A stretch of 64,000 nucleotides of DNA. Source: a virus. The stretch is from the IMG/VR virus record IMGVR_UViG_3300045988_046531, one strand, 5' to 3'. The notes below the pieces were generated by a model. The model saw only the letters and a program-made list of their open reading frames with translations. It was not told where the DNA came from and did not search any database. The translations under genes and the position numbers were made by a program. This document shows, in pieces, positions 18,845 to 28,423 of the stretch. Within the stretch, counting starts at the first letter, position 1. Each line of letters begins with the position of its first letter.

Positions 18845-19185
18845 CTCTTTGTTTAAATTTATTGTTATGAGAGTCTTTCTTTATTCTAAACAATAAACAA
18901 GCGGCATTACGGCAATCGGACATACGTTAACCCGCTCGCCACTTACAGACCGTAATGCACACTTGACCAGGCAGGAAAGAGGTTTGCTTGGTTACCTGCC
19001 CCACAATATTGATTTGCATAGTGGGGCTACGAGGATTCTCTCTACTCGTGATGCTATAAATCGTCTTTTGACGCAAGCACAGGTTTCAACTCTTTAATAT
19101 AGCCTTTAAGTCACAGATGCATTCTAGACTACATCTGCTGGTTCTTCAGACCAAGTTTGCTACCACTACTCGTCAATAGTGGATT

Positions 19186-19881
19186 TTACGGTATCAGATA
19201 GTCCACACGAAGGTCTACCGTCTCTTCGTTTGCTTCTAACACCACAGTCGTCGAAAGAATGTCAGGATTGTCAGCTGTGGTTATCATACTCACAATATCA
19301 TGTGGGGATTCTAAGTATAGATAACCTCTACCGTCCCAAGCTGGAACATATCCGCCTCGTAGAATGTTTCGAGACGGAATAGACTTATAATAATAGTGTG
19401 CTGGCCGGTAGTGAGCGAATGATACGTTAATAGCTGATTGGTGTGTGCCTATGGTAAAACCACCCAGGACTGTTGCCAGTCTCATCACCTTACTAACGTA
19501 TTTTGAATCGCCTACTACATCTAGTCTTATGTTCAAGCCTGGATAGTAGAATTTAGCAACTCTCCTGCTTATATCCTTCAACGTTTGAAGAGATTGAAAT
19601 TCAGCAACATCAACATAGTCTTTCTCCGATTCAGAACTACCGAAGATACAATTGATTGGTATTGGCTGATTAGCTTCAATACATTCTTCCAAAATAGTGA
19701 TTGCTTCGGACGGAATAGCTTCATTACCAAGTCTGATTCTCTTAGTCCCATATAAGATATGAGCTATAATCTGACTAAGTGGCAATGATAATTTCTCCTT
19801 GGCAAAGTTGCTTTCCAAATCATATAGATATTGGCAAATGTGTGCACTGAATGGCGTGTTCCCTTGTACTGTAAACTTCAT
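19186..19881 (-). CDS. hypothetical protein
   Basis: 231-aa ORF. Confidence 0.4.
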   Translation of the reverse strand: MKFTVQGNTPFSAHICQYLYDLESNFAKEKLSLPLSQIIAHILYGTKRIRLGNEAIPSEAITILEECIEANQPIPINCIFGSSESEKDYVDVAEFQSLQTLKDISRRVAKFYYPGLNIRLDVVGDSKYVSKVMRLATVLGGFTIGTHQSAINVSFAHYRPAHYYYKSIPSRNILRGGYVPAWDGRGYLYLESPHDIVSMITTADNPDILSTTVVLEANEETVDLRVDYLIP

Positions 19882-20375
19882 ACTATCTGTTCAACTGTTA
19901 TTAATTTAGTGATTCTATAACCTCTCGATTTCAGGAATTTGATTGCTTCCATTTCAGCTTGTGTAATAGGAATCAGATGTTTGTCTTCTTCCGCTTCTGT
20001 AACAGCTTCCATTTCAGCTTGTGGCTTAGGTTTAGGAGGTGCTACGTAAGTGCCAGCTTTAATAGCCATTCTCTTAGCATATGCATCTCTCTGTATCTTA
20101 GCCATTTCTTTCCTACTGATAGTTATCAATTCAATGACTCTAGTCTTATACAAAGGGCCATGTTCTTTCCACATAAATCCTTTAGTATAGATAGCACCGT
20201 CAGGTTCAATCACTCCCTGCTTACGCAAAACAGCCATGAAGTTCTCTGGCATTGGGAAGCCATTCTTCTTCAAATCCTTGACTACATCTGTAATCTTAAA
20301 AGGCCCAGGATTCATTGCCTTTACCGTGTTAAAAATCCGAACGATGTCATCGTCGGATATTGACCTCTTTCCCAT
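19878..20375 (-). CDS. hypothetical protein
   Basis: 165-aa ORF overlapping the downstream gene start by 4 nt. Confidence 0.4.
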   Translation of the reverse strand: MGKRSISDDDIVRIFNTVKAMNPGPFKITDVVKDLKKNGFPMPENFMAVLRKQGVIEPDGAIYTKGFMWKEHGPLYKTRVIELITISRKEMAKIQRDAYAKRMAIKAGTYVAPPKPKPQAEMEAVTEAEEDKHLIPITQAEMEAIKFLKSRGYRITKLITVEQIV

Positions 20376-20401
20376 AATTTCAATAACTTTTAGTGAAACA
20401 A

Positions 20402-20662
20402 TTACTCTTTATATATTCTAATTCGAGATTTACACAGATGTACACGCATTCGTTTAATCTCGGACAGAATCCAATTACGTCTGCATTGATGTAACCATGC
20501 AATTACATCTTCGTCAAATAATAATTCTTGACCACAGTAGTATGTGCCACTGTAGTAAGTATCAAGCTTTGGTCTTAATATATCATGAGGACTATCAGTA
20601 ACTATGTATTGATAATCCTCACCTCTTATTAATTTCAGTTTCTTTAATAACCTTGCTTTCAT
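20402..20662 (-). CDS. hypothetical protein
   Basis: 86-aa ORF. Confidence 0.3.
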   Translation of the reverse strand: MKARLLKKLKLIRGEDYQYIVTDSPHDILRPKLDTYYSGTYYCGQELLFDEDVIAWLHQCRRNWILSEIKRMRVHLCKSRIRIYKE

Positions 20663-20711
20663 TTTAATAGTTCCAATTCAGCTAAAATTGATATTTAAAC
20701 GTTAATAATAG

Positions 20712-21254
20712 TGGACCTAGGCGGAGTCGAACCGCCGTCCAAACAACCCTCATTAATAAGATTACGTGTGTCTCTATTTTATTACATCAGCTGTTGAGTT
20801 CAGCATGTAGGTAGTTTTACTAGTCTTATCTTGGAACCAGGTAATTAGGCTGCAATAGCCAAACCAGTACACCAAAAGCTAATTTACAAACTACCAAACT
20901 TAAAGGTTCAAAAGCTGACGCTTCCAAACCTGGGCTGACCGAAGTCGCTCTTCCACCACTCCATTTACGTTGGAGAACGTTTCTATTTGTAACCCATAGA
21001 TAGGTAGTGGAGATTTCAGCTTTACTAACCTTTGGCTTTCAAGTTAAGTGGGCTGCTCTATACGCTTCTTCCCACACCTCTTCTGTTTCTAGGTCTCTCC
21101 AATTAACCCGACTTAGAGCTAAATTAATAGATAAGCCAGCAGCTTAGGCTGCCATTCTTACTTCAGTGTTTCCACTTAAATTTGTGTATCATTATTAAAG
21201 AGTTGGTACGAACTCTACACGTCTTACTAACTTGTAATCGCCTGTCAAAGCCAA
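20712..21254 (-). ncRNA. ssrA: tmRNA (SsrA), 543 nt, with candidate tag reading frame ...G-N-T-E-V-R-M-A-A-stop
   Basis: 5' end GGGCCTAGATTTGGCTTTGACAGGCG matches the E. coli tmRNA 5' end GGGGCTGATTCTGGATTCGACGGG. 3' end GGACGGCGGTTCGACTCCGCCTAGGTCCA matches GGACGCGGGTTCAACTCCCGCCAGCTCCACCA. Acceptor GGGCCTA/TAGGTCC keeps the G3-U70 alanine identity pair. An internal ORF ends GCA GCC TAA (Ala-Ala-stop) about 95 nt from the 5' end. The 650-nt region has no protein ORF. Confidence 0.75.
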
Positions 21255-21351
21255 ATCTAGGCCCATAGAACGGCACGATTATACTCTCGTGCCACATTGA
21301 GTGGCGTACCCATTATGGACTTGGCAGCTTACGAGTTATTTTTTGTTCCAT

Positions 21352-21705
21352 TTAAAATGGTAAGTTTCCTTCATGTTTCATCCAACTATAAACTACAATT
21401 TCATAATCTGGGAAATCGTTAGCAAGTTTAACACAACTGTCAAACGATAACTCTGTTATGCATATAAGAGGGTAATCATTGTCAAGCCATTCTCTAATTA
21501 CATCCTTATCAGGAATATGCTCGTCCAACGACCATTTAAGCTCACGTTCAAGTCTTTCACGTATTGTATTCAATTTAATATGGTCATGCGTTCCATATAT
21601 AACATTTAATATGTAATACAATAAATGGCTATTGAACTTATCAACATCGCTAATAAGGATATGCTTCTTAGCATTCCTTAGAGAATTAACTGCGTTTTGA
21701 TTCAT
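21352..21705 (-). CDS. hypothetical protein
   Basis: 117-aa ORF. Confidence 0.35.
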   Translation of the reverse strand: MNQNAVNSLRNAKKHILISDVDKFNSHLLYYILNVIYGTHDHIKLNTIRERLERELKWSLDEHIPDKDVIREWLDNDYPLICITELSFDSCVKLANDFPDYEIVVYSWMKHEGNLPF

Positions 21706-21787
21706 AAATTTACTAATTAAAAGCCCAAGTGTGTTTCACAACATGACTGGGGCAAGCCTAAACTATACAAAACTTTAAAATGATTGG

Positions 21788-21855
21788 GAGAGGATGGGAG
21801 ATTCGAACTCCCGCCACTAGTAACAACTAGCCTTCTACCATTGAACTAATCCTCT
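21788..21855 (-). tRNA. short (68 nt) tRNA-like gene with an abnormal anticodon arm (stem CTAG/CTAG with a 6-nt loop TTGTTA); function uncertain
   Basis: Acceptor AGAGGAT/ATCCTCT, U8A9, D-arm GTTC-AATGGTA-GAAG, T-arm GGGAG-TTCGAAT-CTCCC are canonical; the anticodon loop is too short. Confidence 0.35.
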
Positions 21856-21865
21856 TTGAACATTA

Positions 21866-22489
21866 TTAACGCTTCACAGCTTCTTCAAAGTTCTTTACAA
21901 TCTTCTCTGCCTTCTCACGGGAACAGTCAAGCATGTGCATAGTAAGATGAATGCGTTGTTCACGCATCAAATCTTCTATGGCTCCTTCATTGCCTTCTTC
22001 TCTAGCCTTGAGAGCTTTTAATAGCTCTTCTGGCGTTTCAACACCTTCGACATCAGCACCGATAGCTTTGGATACGTCCTTCAGAAACTCAAACAAAGCT
22101 TTCTTACCTTCTTCGACTTTAAATGTAGAGCCTTGTCTCTGGTCTCTCATTTTCATAAGAATGTCAAAGATTTCACGGGCAGAAGCTTCGTCATCCTCAT
22201 TCAGAGTGACAGCATGACGTTCATGAGGTTGAACACGAATAGATTCGTCTTTAACTTCCATAACGAGCAAGTCTTCACCGTCACCACGAACAATGACGAT
22301 TTCACGGTCTTTCCTTTCGTCATAACCGCCACCAACAGTGAAGTTCTTGTAAGGAACTTCTTTGCCTTCAGCGGCATCGAGCACATGCCCAAGAATAGTT
22401 TCAGCTTCTTCTACGATAGAATCATAGCATGGGTCTTTCTTTGGATTGAAATCAATACCAGCTTTCAGGCGTTCTTGTAATTTCTTCAT
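21866..22489 (-). CDS. hypothetical acidic protein
   Basis: 207-aa ORF with higher local GC than its surroundings. Confidence 0.4.
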   Translation of the reverse strand: MKKLQERLKAGIDFNPKKDPCYDSIVEEAETILGHVLDAAEGKEVPYKNFTVGGGYDERKDREIVIVRGDGEDLLVMEVKDESIRVQPHERHAVTLNEDDEASAREIFDILMKMRDQRQGSTFKVEEGKKALFEFLKDVSKAIGADVEGVETPEELLKALKAREEGNEGAIEDLMREQRIHLTMHMLDCSREKAEKIVKNFEEAVKR

Positions 22490-22801
22490 TTCCTTCTAAA
22501 TTTAAAGAGTTTGATTTATTAATTATTTGATTAATCTGGTAAGAACCAGACTCCTATAGCCGCAACAATACCTATAGCTCCGACTACATATGTAAAATCG
22601 CCAGCTGTAGGCAACATGATATTAATAATTACTAATGCTCCAATAGCAGAACTAATTATTATATTGTCTTTCTTATTCTTAGTGAGTTTCATAATTACTA
22701 ATATTGGTTAAGAGTGACTCCACCGTGACGTGCCAAATCACAGTGAAGTTTCGTCGTAATTTTCAACGACTCATCAGACTCTCTTTTAGACGGAAAGGAG
22801 A

Positions 22802-23035
22802 TTATGATATATAATTATCAATAGAATCTCCAGTTGCTGCCCTAATCTGTTCCCATGGAATGTTCTCTTCTTCGCAAAGCTGTTTAGAGGACTGTATCCA
22901 CTCTTTGGCAAAATCACCGCATTCTCTCTTATCGATTACTATAGCTTCTTTGCAGCTATAAGCGATGATTCCGGGAAGAAGAGATTTGTCATTGTTAATT
23001 GCATGTTTAACTATAGGGCTGTTCTTTATATCCAT
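22802..23035 (-). CDS. hypothetical protein
   Basis: 77-aa ORF. Confidence 0.3.
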   Translation of the reverse strand: MDIKNSPIVKHAINNDKSLLPGIIAYSCKEAIVIDKRECGDFAKEWIQSSKQLCEEENIPWEQIRAATGDSIDNYIS

Positions 23036-23045
23036 TGTTTAAAGG

Positions 23046-23279
23046 TTAGATTGTTGTTACACTGCTGATAATAGAATAATCGATAATGATTGAAAGCATG
23101 CCGTTTAAATCAGATGTCTCATAAGGAACCTGATGTTTAGCAATTTGTCTTTCGGCTTGCTGCATCATGGGCTGGTTAGTTCCAAACCCAAGAAGCAATT
23201 TACCTTCACGAGAAGTAACAGATTGATGATTGAGAGTACATGGTATTCTCTGTTTCCTAAATTGTATCTGCGATAACAT
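23046..23279 (-). CDS. hypothetical protein
   Basis: 77-aa ORF. Confidence 0.3.
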   Translation of the reverse strand: MLSQIQFRKQRIPCTLNHQSVTSREGKLLLGFGTNQPMMQQAERQIAKHQVPYETSDLNGMLSIIIDYSIISSVTTI

Positions 23280-23281
23280 TG

Positions 23282-23626
23282 TTACTTAGTTAATAAGTTA
23301 GCAAATCCTTTCCAGAAGTAGCGAGGGAAGTGTCCAGTCAGTTGTACATAATTGACTCCTGCTGACACCTTATGTCTAGCTGTAACCTTATGTCCGTCAA
23401 TGGACATTGTAATTAAGCTACCAGAAACTGTTACATCACTATCTGACATATCATACAAATCTCCCAAGTCCTTAATAGGAATCCACTTAGATGTAGTTTC
23501 ATCTTTGTAGCTATTAAGGCGAGATTGTAGTTTGGCATCAGAGGGCTGACCAGTTCTCATATCAATAATCTCACCCTCACAATCTGCAAGGATGAAGTTC
23601 TGTGTATAGTTAAAATATAGTTTCAT
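23282..23626 (-). CDS. hypothetical protein
   Basis: 114-aa ORF. Confidence 0.35.
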   Translation of the reverse strand: MKLYFNYTQNFILADCEGEIIDMRTGQPSDAKLQSRLNSYKDETTSKWIPIKDLGDLYDMSDSDVTVSGSLITMSIDGHKVTARHKVSAGVNYVQLTGHFPRYFWKGFANLLTK

Positions 23627-24162
23627 GTGTACTGAACTTTATATCTTTTAGTTCTTCTAGTTTGTAGATTAATAACATCTACCGAATCAGTACCTGCCTT
23701 TACGTAAACCTTACCAGATATCTCTTTGATAAAGTCATTCTCTGATTTACCTTCAAAAGTTCCGATAAGGCATAGTGTTACTCCATTGACAAGTACTTTG
23801 GTAAATTTATCAACCTGTATAGGAGCCAAAGGTATTCCTTCTTCTCTTACATGGTTAAATGCCTTAGTGTAGGCTCTATACCTCGCAAGACGATGTTCAT
23901 AATTAGCACCTTTAGAGGGATAGCTAGCAAGTACTGAAGTATCCTTAATTACCACATACTCTTTACCAGGCAATCCACCTTCATACCATGATTTAGATAT
24001 TACTTTGATACCGGATTTTACTAATAACCATTTGTCTACAGCATCACATAAACGCTCTTTACCACATGTCTGTAACAATATGGGTATTAAGTTACGTTTA
24101 AGCTCTCTGTATTCCTCTGCTAATTCATTAGTCATAGATAAGTTGGCAGTTAACCTACTCAC
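23623..24162 (-). CDS. hypothetical protein
   Basis: 179-aa ORF. Confidence 0.4.
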   Translation of the reverse strand: MSRLTANLSMTNELAEEYRELKRNLIPILLQTCGKERLCDAVDKWLLVKSGIKVISKSWYEGGLPGKEYVVIKDTSVLASYPSKGANYEHRLARYRAYTKAFNHVREEGIPLAPIQVDKFTKVLVNGVTLCLIGTFEGKSENDFIKEISGKVYVKAGTDSVDVINLQTRRTKRYKVQYT

Positions 24163-24201
24163 TGCCAGGTTTTAAAATATGGAAATCTCACACTCCTTTG
24201 G

Positions 24202-25008
24202 TTACTTAAAGATTATTGCAGACGTGATATTAACGCGGATGTTCTCTTTAGAAGAGATATATTTATTCCACAGGTCAGTCACAACCTTTTGTTTGTCCTG
24301 ACCACGCACAGACAGCAAACGATTACGACCACTCGTATACAACGGAAGTGTGCTTGTAGATACTTTGTTCCAGAAGTCGTCAAGAGTATCTAATTTATGC
24401 TTCTTATCAAGAACAAGATAAGCTGTCACACCACCAATCATAGATGCATGGAGTAATCCTTTAGTGTACTTCTTGTACTTGAGTGCAAGTCCTGTAACCT
24501 CATCAAAGGTAGTTTCATGTTTTCTGTACATGTTCAACAAATCTTGACGAGTCAGACCAGTCCCTCTAAGTCTGTGAAGAGCGCCAGCATCAGCCAAACC
24601 TTTCAAGCCCTTGGTCAAAGCGTAATATTTAGCCACAATGGAAGCTTTCTGGGTAGGATTAGTAATGCCCATGATTCCAAACACATCACCTGCACTTCTT
24701 GTTTTACCAGTATCTATGGTAGTCCAAGTTTCGTGTTTAACACCTTCTATGAGCACAGTTTGAAATGGAACACCTGCCTGTATACACGCTGCTAGACGAT
24801 GATAGCCGTTATCAGTAAGACCTTTATCATTTATAATGATTGCCTCACCGTTCAAATGCCATTTACCTTCAGACATTTGAATAGCATACTTGTTGATATT
24901 GTCTCTAGAAATAGGCCGATTGTGCAAATACTTTGACAATAGCACTTCTGCATCTTTCGGTGTGATTTCTACTACACTGAACTTGAGAGATGATTTTAAT
25001 GTCTTCAT
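24202..25008 (-). CDS. ParB/Srx-fold nuclease-like protein (N-terminal ParB-like domain with a GYHR motif)
   Basis: DNGYHRLAACIQAGV resembles the ParB N-terminal-domain GxxR/HR box. Confidence 0.45.
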   Translation of the reverse strand: MKTLKSSLKFSVVEITPKDAEVLLSKYLHNRPISRDNINKYAIQMSEGKWHLNGEAIIINDKGLTDNGYHRLAACIQAGVPFQTVLIEGVKHETWTTIDTGKTRSAGDVFGIMGITNPTQKASIVAKYYALTKGLKGLADAGALHRLRGTGLTRQDLLNMYRKHETTFDEVTGLALKYKKYTKGLLHASMIGGVTAYLVLDKKHKLDTLDDFWNKVSTSTLPLYTSGRNRLLSVRGQDKQKVVTDLWNKYISSKENIRVNITSAIIFK

Positions 25009-25420
25009 AATTAATCTATGAGTTACCTATACACTCACGAGGTTTTAGTGAAACGTTAATAAAGAACTAATTAGTTTCAGTCTATTGACTTACTTATAGC
25101 ATCGCCACGTAAAGGCTTAGTTATGATGCCGCTCCCGTCACGGGAGAATAGTTACATTAATTTTGTAATATTAAGCTTTATGACAAATTTCAAATCCACC
25201 TTCCTGTGCCACACTCCTTTGCCTTATCTCACGATAAGACATCTCTCCAGTATTAAAGGAGGATACTGTTTGGTATAAGAGATGCTCTGCATTAGTCTCC
25301 GGGCGTACCCATTATGGTGGAAGATTATATCATTTCTGTAAAAATATCAAACAATGGTTTTACATTTACGCACCTTTAAGATGAGTTCAGGGTCTTTCTC
25401 TAACTGACGTTCTAATCCTT

Positions 25421-25648
25421 TCATGTAATTGGAACGTTCGTAGCCAGTAAGACTGAATCCTTGCCACACCATGCTACATAGAATGGATTGAAGTAACAGA
25501 CATCTTTCACTTTCTGATTCTTATATTTGCCAATATTAAAGAATCTCCACGAGCTCATTCCTATAGCTGTGGTATATCTATTGTCAACTTTGTGATAATC
25601 ATTATATTTAGTATCCATAGCTGCAAATAATATTAATAAACTGTCCAA
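25421..25648 (-). CDS. hypothetical protein
   Basis: 75-aa ORF. Confidence 0.3.
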   Translation of the reverse strand: MDSLLILFAAMDTKYNDYHKVDNRYTTAIGMSSWRFFNIGKYKNQKVKDVCYFNPFYVAWCGKDSVLLATNVPIT

Positions 25649-25932
25649 ACAGATGAAATTCCATAGATTGCAGGTCCACCAAGAGGTTGTTGTATTTTTA
25701 TAACTCTATCAAAATAATGTCCTTTATGAACATCTTCTGATGAGATTTCCTCTACAGTAAATCCTTTAGCTTTGGCATCTTCAATTCGTCTATTTAGCGC
25801 CTTCTCTACAGCCTCTTTAGTGCCAGCAACATCAGGATACATTTCAGAAAGCTGCGTGTTGCGATGTTTGGCACTATTCTCTGATGTATAGATGCGATGT
25901 AAAATATATGTTCTATCCATAATTATATACAC
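25633..25932 (-). CDS. hypothetical protein
   Basis: 99-aa ORF. Confidence 0.35.
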   Translation of the reverse strand: MYIIMDRTYILHRIYTSENSAKHRNTQLSEMYPDVAGTKEAVEKALNRRIEDAKAKGFTVEEISSEDVHKGHYFDRVIKIQQPLGGPAIYGISSVWTVY

Positions 25933-26234
25933 TTTACCTATTCAGTGTGAGGTTTTAGTGATTGATACCTGAAACTTACGTACAGTCGGTTTCTCATGCC
26001 GAATGCTTCTCTCTTTAATCAACAGCTTGCTAACTCTGCGCACAGTGTTAGTAACCTATCTAACATACTTCTATACGTAAGAAACAGGTGTCTAAAATTA
26101 TGAAATATGTAGACTCCTGCTTTAACGCGTGAAACAGGAACGTCTTAATTTGGGCAATACATGCATTATGTCCATTTTGCACGTAAAGGATTCCAAGCAT
26201 TTGCAACTACTTAGAAGAGCTAAACCCTGTGATG

Positions 26235-26522
26235 TTATCGGTGTGAGGAATAGATGTCTATAATCTCTTTGTAAAAGTCTCTGCGACCTACGAGATAGTC
26301 ATCTCCCCAATACTCTACTACCTTCTTAAGACCTTCAATTATTTGATACATAGTAGCACCATTGCTAAAGCATGTCAATAGCTCTAGATGTCCATGTAAG
26401 TCCTCTTTACACAAATGCATCCATTTGTTGCCAATTGGATTGTAGATGCACAATATGCTGTTAGTCAAAGGTCTAGCTGGACGTAATTTAATTCCGCTCG
26501 GATGAATGTATTCGAATACCAT
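26235..26522 (-). CDS. hypothetical protein
   Basis: 95-aa ORF. Confidence 0.35.
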   Translation of the reverse strand: MVFEYIHPSGIKLRPARPLTNSILCIYNPIGNKWMHLCKEDLHGHLELLTCFSNGATMYQIIEGLKKVVEYWGDDYLVGRRDFYKEIIDIYSSHR

Positions 26523-26561
26523 AAGTACGTATGTTTTGATGATTAAACTCTGTGCCAGTCT

Positions 26562-26849
26562 TTACAGCGCTGGCTTTCTGTTTATTTCTTTATACTTTAT
26601 AGCTAATCTTTTATTCTCTTCTGGAGATAAAGATTTAATGCTGTAAGTACTAGTGACTCTACCTAAGAAATAATTATACTCTTCAATATGAATAGTAAAT
26701 TCTGTTTCTGTGCAGGTCATATCTATGAGCTTCCCATCCAAATGAGTCTTGGAATGCTCAGCAACTTGATGTAAATATGTAAGAGCTTCTTCAGAAGTGT
26801 GGAACTGCTTACCATTGTCAGTTCCATTTGAAATGAATGTGTATATCAT
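26562..26849 (-). CDS. hypothetical protein
   Basis: 95-aa ORF. Confidence 0.35.
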   Translation of the reverse strand: MIYTFISNGTDNGKQFHTSEEALTYLHQVAEHSKTHLDGKLIDMTCTETEFTIHIEEYNYFLGRVTSTYSIKSLSPEENKRLAIKYKEINRKPAL

Positions 26850-27042
26850 AATGTAAATGGTTTTAGATTTTAATTATTATTATTACTTAAGTCTTCTCCA
26901 CAAATTGCATCAATTAGAGCATCTGTGAAATCGTCTTCGATGTAGTCCATAAATATATATTATTATTGTCAACTCAAATAAAAGGTGAGTATGTATATCT
27001 ATCACAGACCTACATACTCTTAATAATATTCATTTTACACAT

Positions 27043-27240
27043 TCAAACGGTCTGAACTACGTACTTTAGTACTTTATATCTCGTCCCACTCCAAGTGGAG
27101 ATTTGTTCAAGCAAATAATAGCCTACTGCTTCCTCAAACAGAGGATTTGTCAGTTTATACATTATACCATTATTTGCATGAATTGCATCGTTCCGATTAC
27201 GTCCAAATACAGTTCTTAGTTTTGATTTCTTCGCTTTCAT
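27043..27240 (-). CDS. hypothetical protein
   Basis: 65-aa ORF. Confidence 0.25.
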   Translation of the reverse strand: MKAKKSKLRTVFGRNRNDAIHANNGIMYKLTNPLFEEAVGYYLLEQISTWSGTRYKVLKYVVQTV

Positions 27241-27347
27241 TTCACTGTTCAGCTAACTACATACTAATGAATATATCTGAATAAGCATGATAAAAAGAAA
27301 GACACAAATAGACTTTCTAAATGTGTCTTTCAATAAGAAGTACTTTG

Positions 27348-27830
27348 TTATTCCTTGCAATAAGCAATAACATTTACGTTCATTTGTGAGCCGTCTCTTG
27401 CAACGCTTTCAAACATTTCTATCGCTTTTGCGGTTACTTCCGTACCTTGTAAATCTTTAAAGCATTCAGCAATAGTTTTACTTTCAAACATATTGAAAAT
27501 ACATTTGTCTTTGTCCGCTTCTGGGAGAATATCAACCGGTGTAATACGCTTGTTGTTTTCACGGTCGTTGAAAGACCGGAACAAAGAATTGATAGACACG
27601 TTTCTTGCCGTTCCGTTAACCTCTACGGCAACTTGAAAGAATGTATTACCGTTTATAACTCTCTTTGTGATTGTTCCGTTAAATTCGTTAATTTCAGCGG
27701 GAAACTTCAATTTGTCGCCTACCTTGATAGAATCAGGACTCACACCTAAACGGTTTAAAGCTGCTGCAATTTCGTTTTTGCTTGCTTTCGGTAACTTCTT
27801 GTTAACTTCTTGTAATTCTGCTAAATTCAT
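27348..27830 (-). CDS. hypothetical protein; first gene of the leftward block
   Basis: 160-aa ORF adjacent to the divergent intergenic region. Confidence 0.4.
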   Translation of the reverse strand: MNLAELQEVNKKLPKASKNEIAAALNRLGVSPDSIKVGDKLKFPAEINEFNGTITKRVINGNTFFQVAVEVNGTARNVSINSLFRSFNDRENNKRITPVDILPEADKDKCIFNMFESKTIAECFKDLQGTEVTAKAIEMFESVARDGSQMNVNVIAYCKE

Positions 27831-28132
27831 AGTTTAATAATTTATTAGTGAAACAATATAGAACGGGCTTATTTGCCCGTTCTGATTAGCTTTTAAATTA
27901 GATTTGCTTTAATTTCTTCACGTGTGATTATACAACGCGTAGCATTAACTAAAACATAACCGTTTGAAAGATAAGTAAACATAACTCTAATAATTTTAAA
28001 ATGAATATTATAAAGCAAAACCAAATGATATAAATCTTTTGATTTCCTCCAAACATGGGTGAGGGGTGTGAAGGGTAACACGCCTGTCGTATCCGCAATA
28101 TACACAAATCTTGCAATATTCACCTAGCATCC

Positions 28133-28346
28133 GAGTTGGCAATATATAATATGACAACCCACCCCGGGAGTGGGAGGGGTGTGATTTTGAGCACCCGTAC
28201 TTGTGAGTTGGCAATATATATTAATTTCTATTCATCTTACTATTGCAAGCAAGCCCCGCAGGGGCGCAGATTGCCACAGCGCGTCATGAAGTTCCGAGTT
28301 GGCAATATACTTAATATTAACTGTGAATTTGAGTTGGCAATATATA
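28133..28346. repeat. four direct copies of GAGTTGGCAATATA(TA) at 28133, 28205, 28296 and 28331, plus two GCAATAT half-copies at 28093-28120; interleaved GC-rich hairpins at 28159-28185 and 28246-28263
   Basis: Exact 14-16-nt repeats seen in the sequence; irregular spacing (72, 91, 35 nt); lies in the 650-nt strand-switch intergenic region. Confidence 0.7.
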
Positions 28347-28423
28347 ATATATATTAATAATTATATTACCATTTGGTAATATTGAAATATATAACTAATT
28401 TTGTATTGTCAAATTAAATAATA

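Noticed and set aside
28133-28346. Possible CRISPR array
   Set aside because: Only 14-16-nt repeats with irregular 35-91-nt spacing, no repeat-spacer regularity and no cas genes nearby
28136-28357. 73-aa plus-strand ORF spanning the repeat region
   Set aside because: It is built from the iterated GAGTTGGCAATATA motif and GC hairpins and has no ribosome-binding context; it is most likely non-coding regulatory or origin DNA
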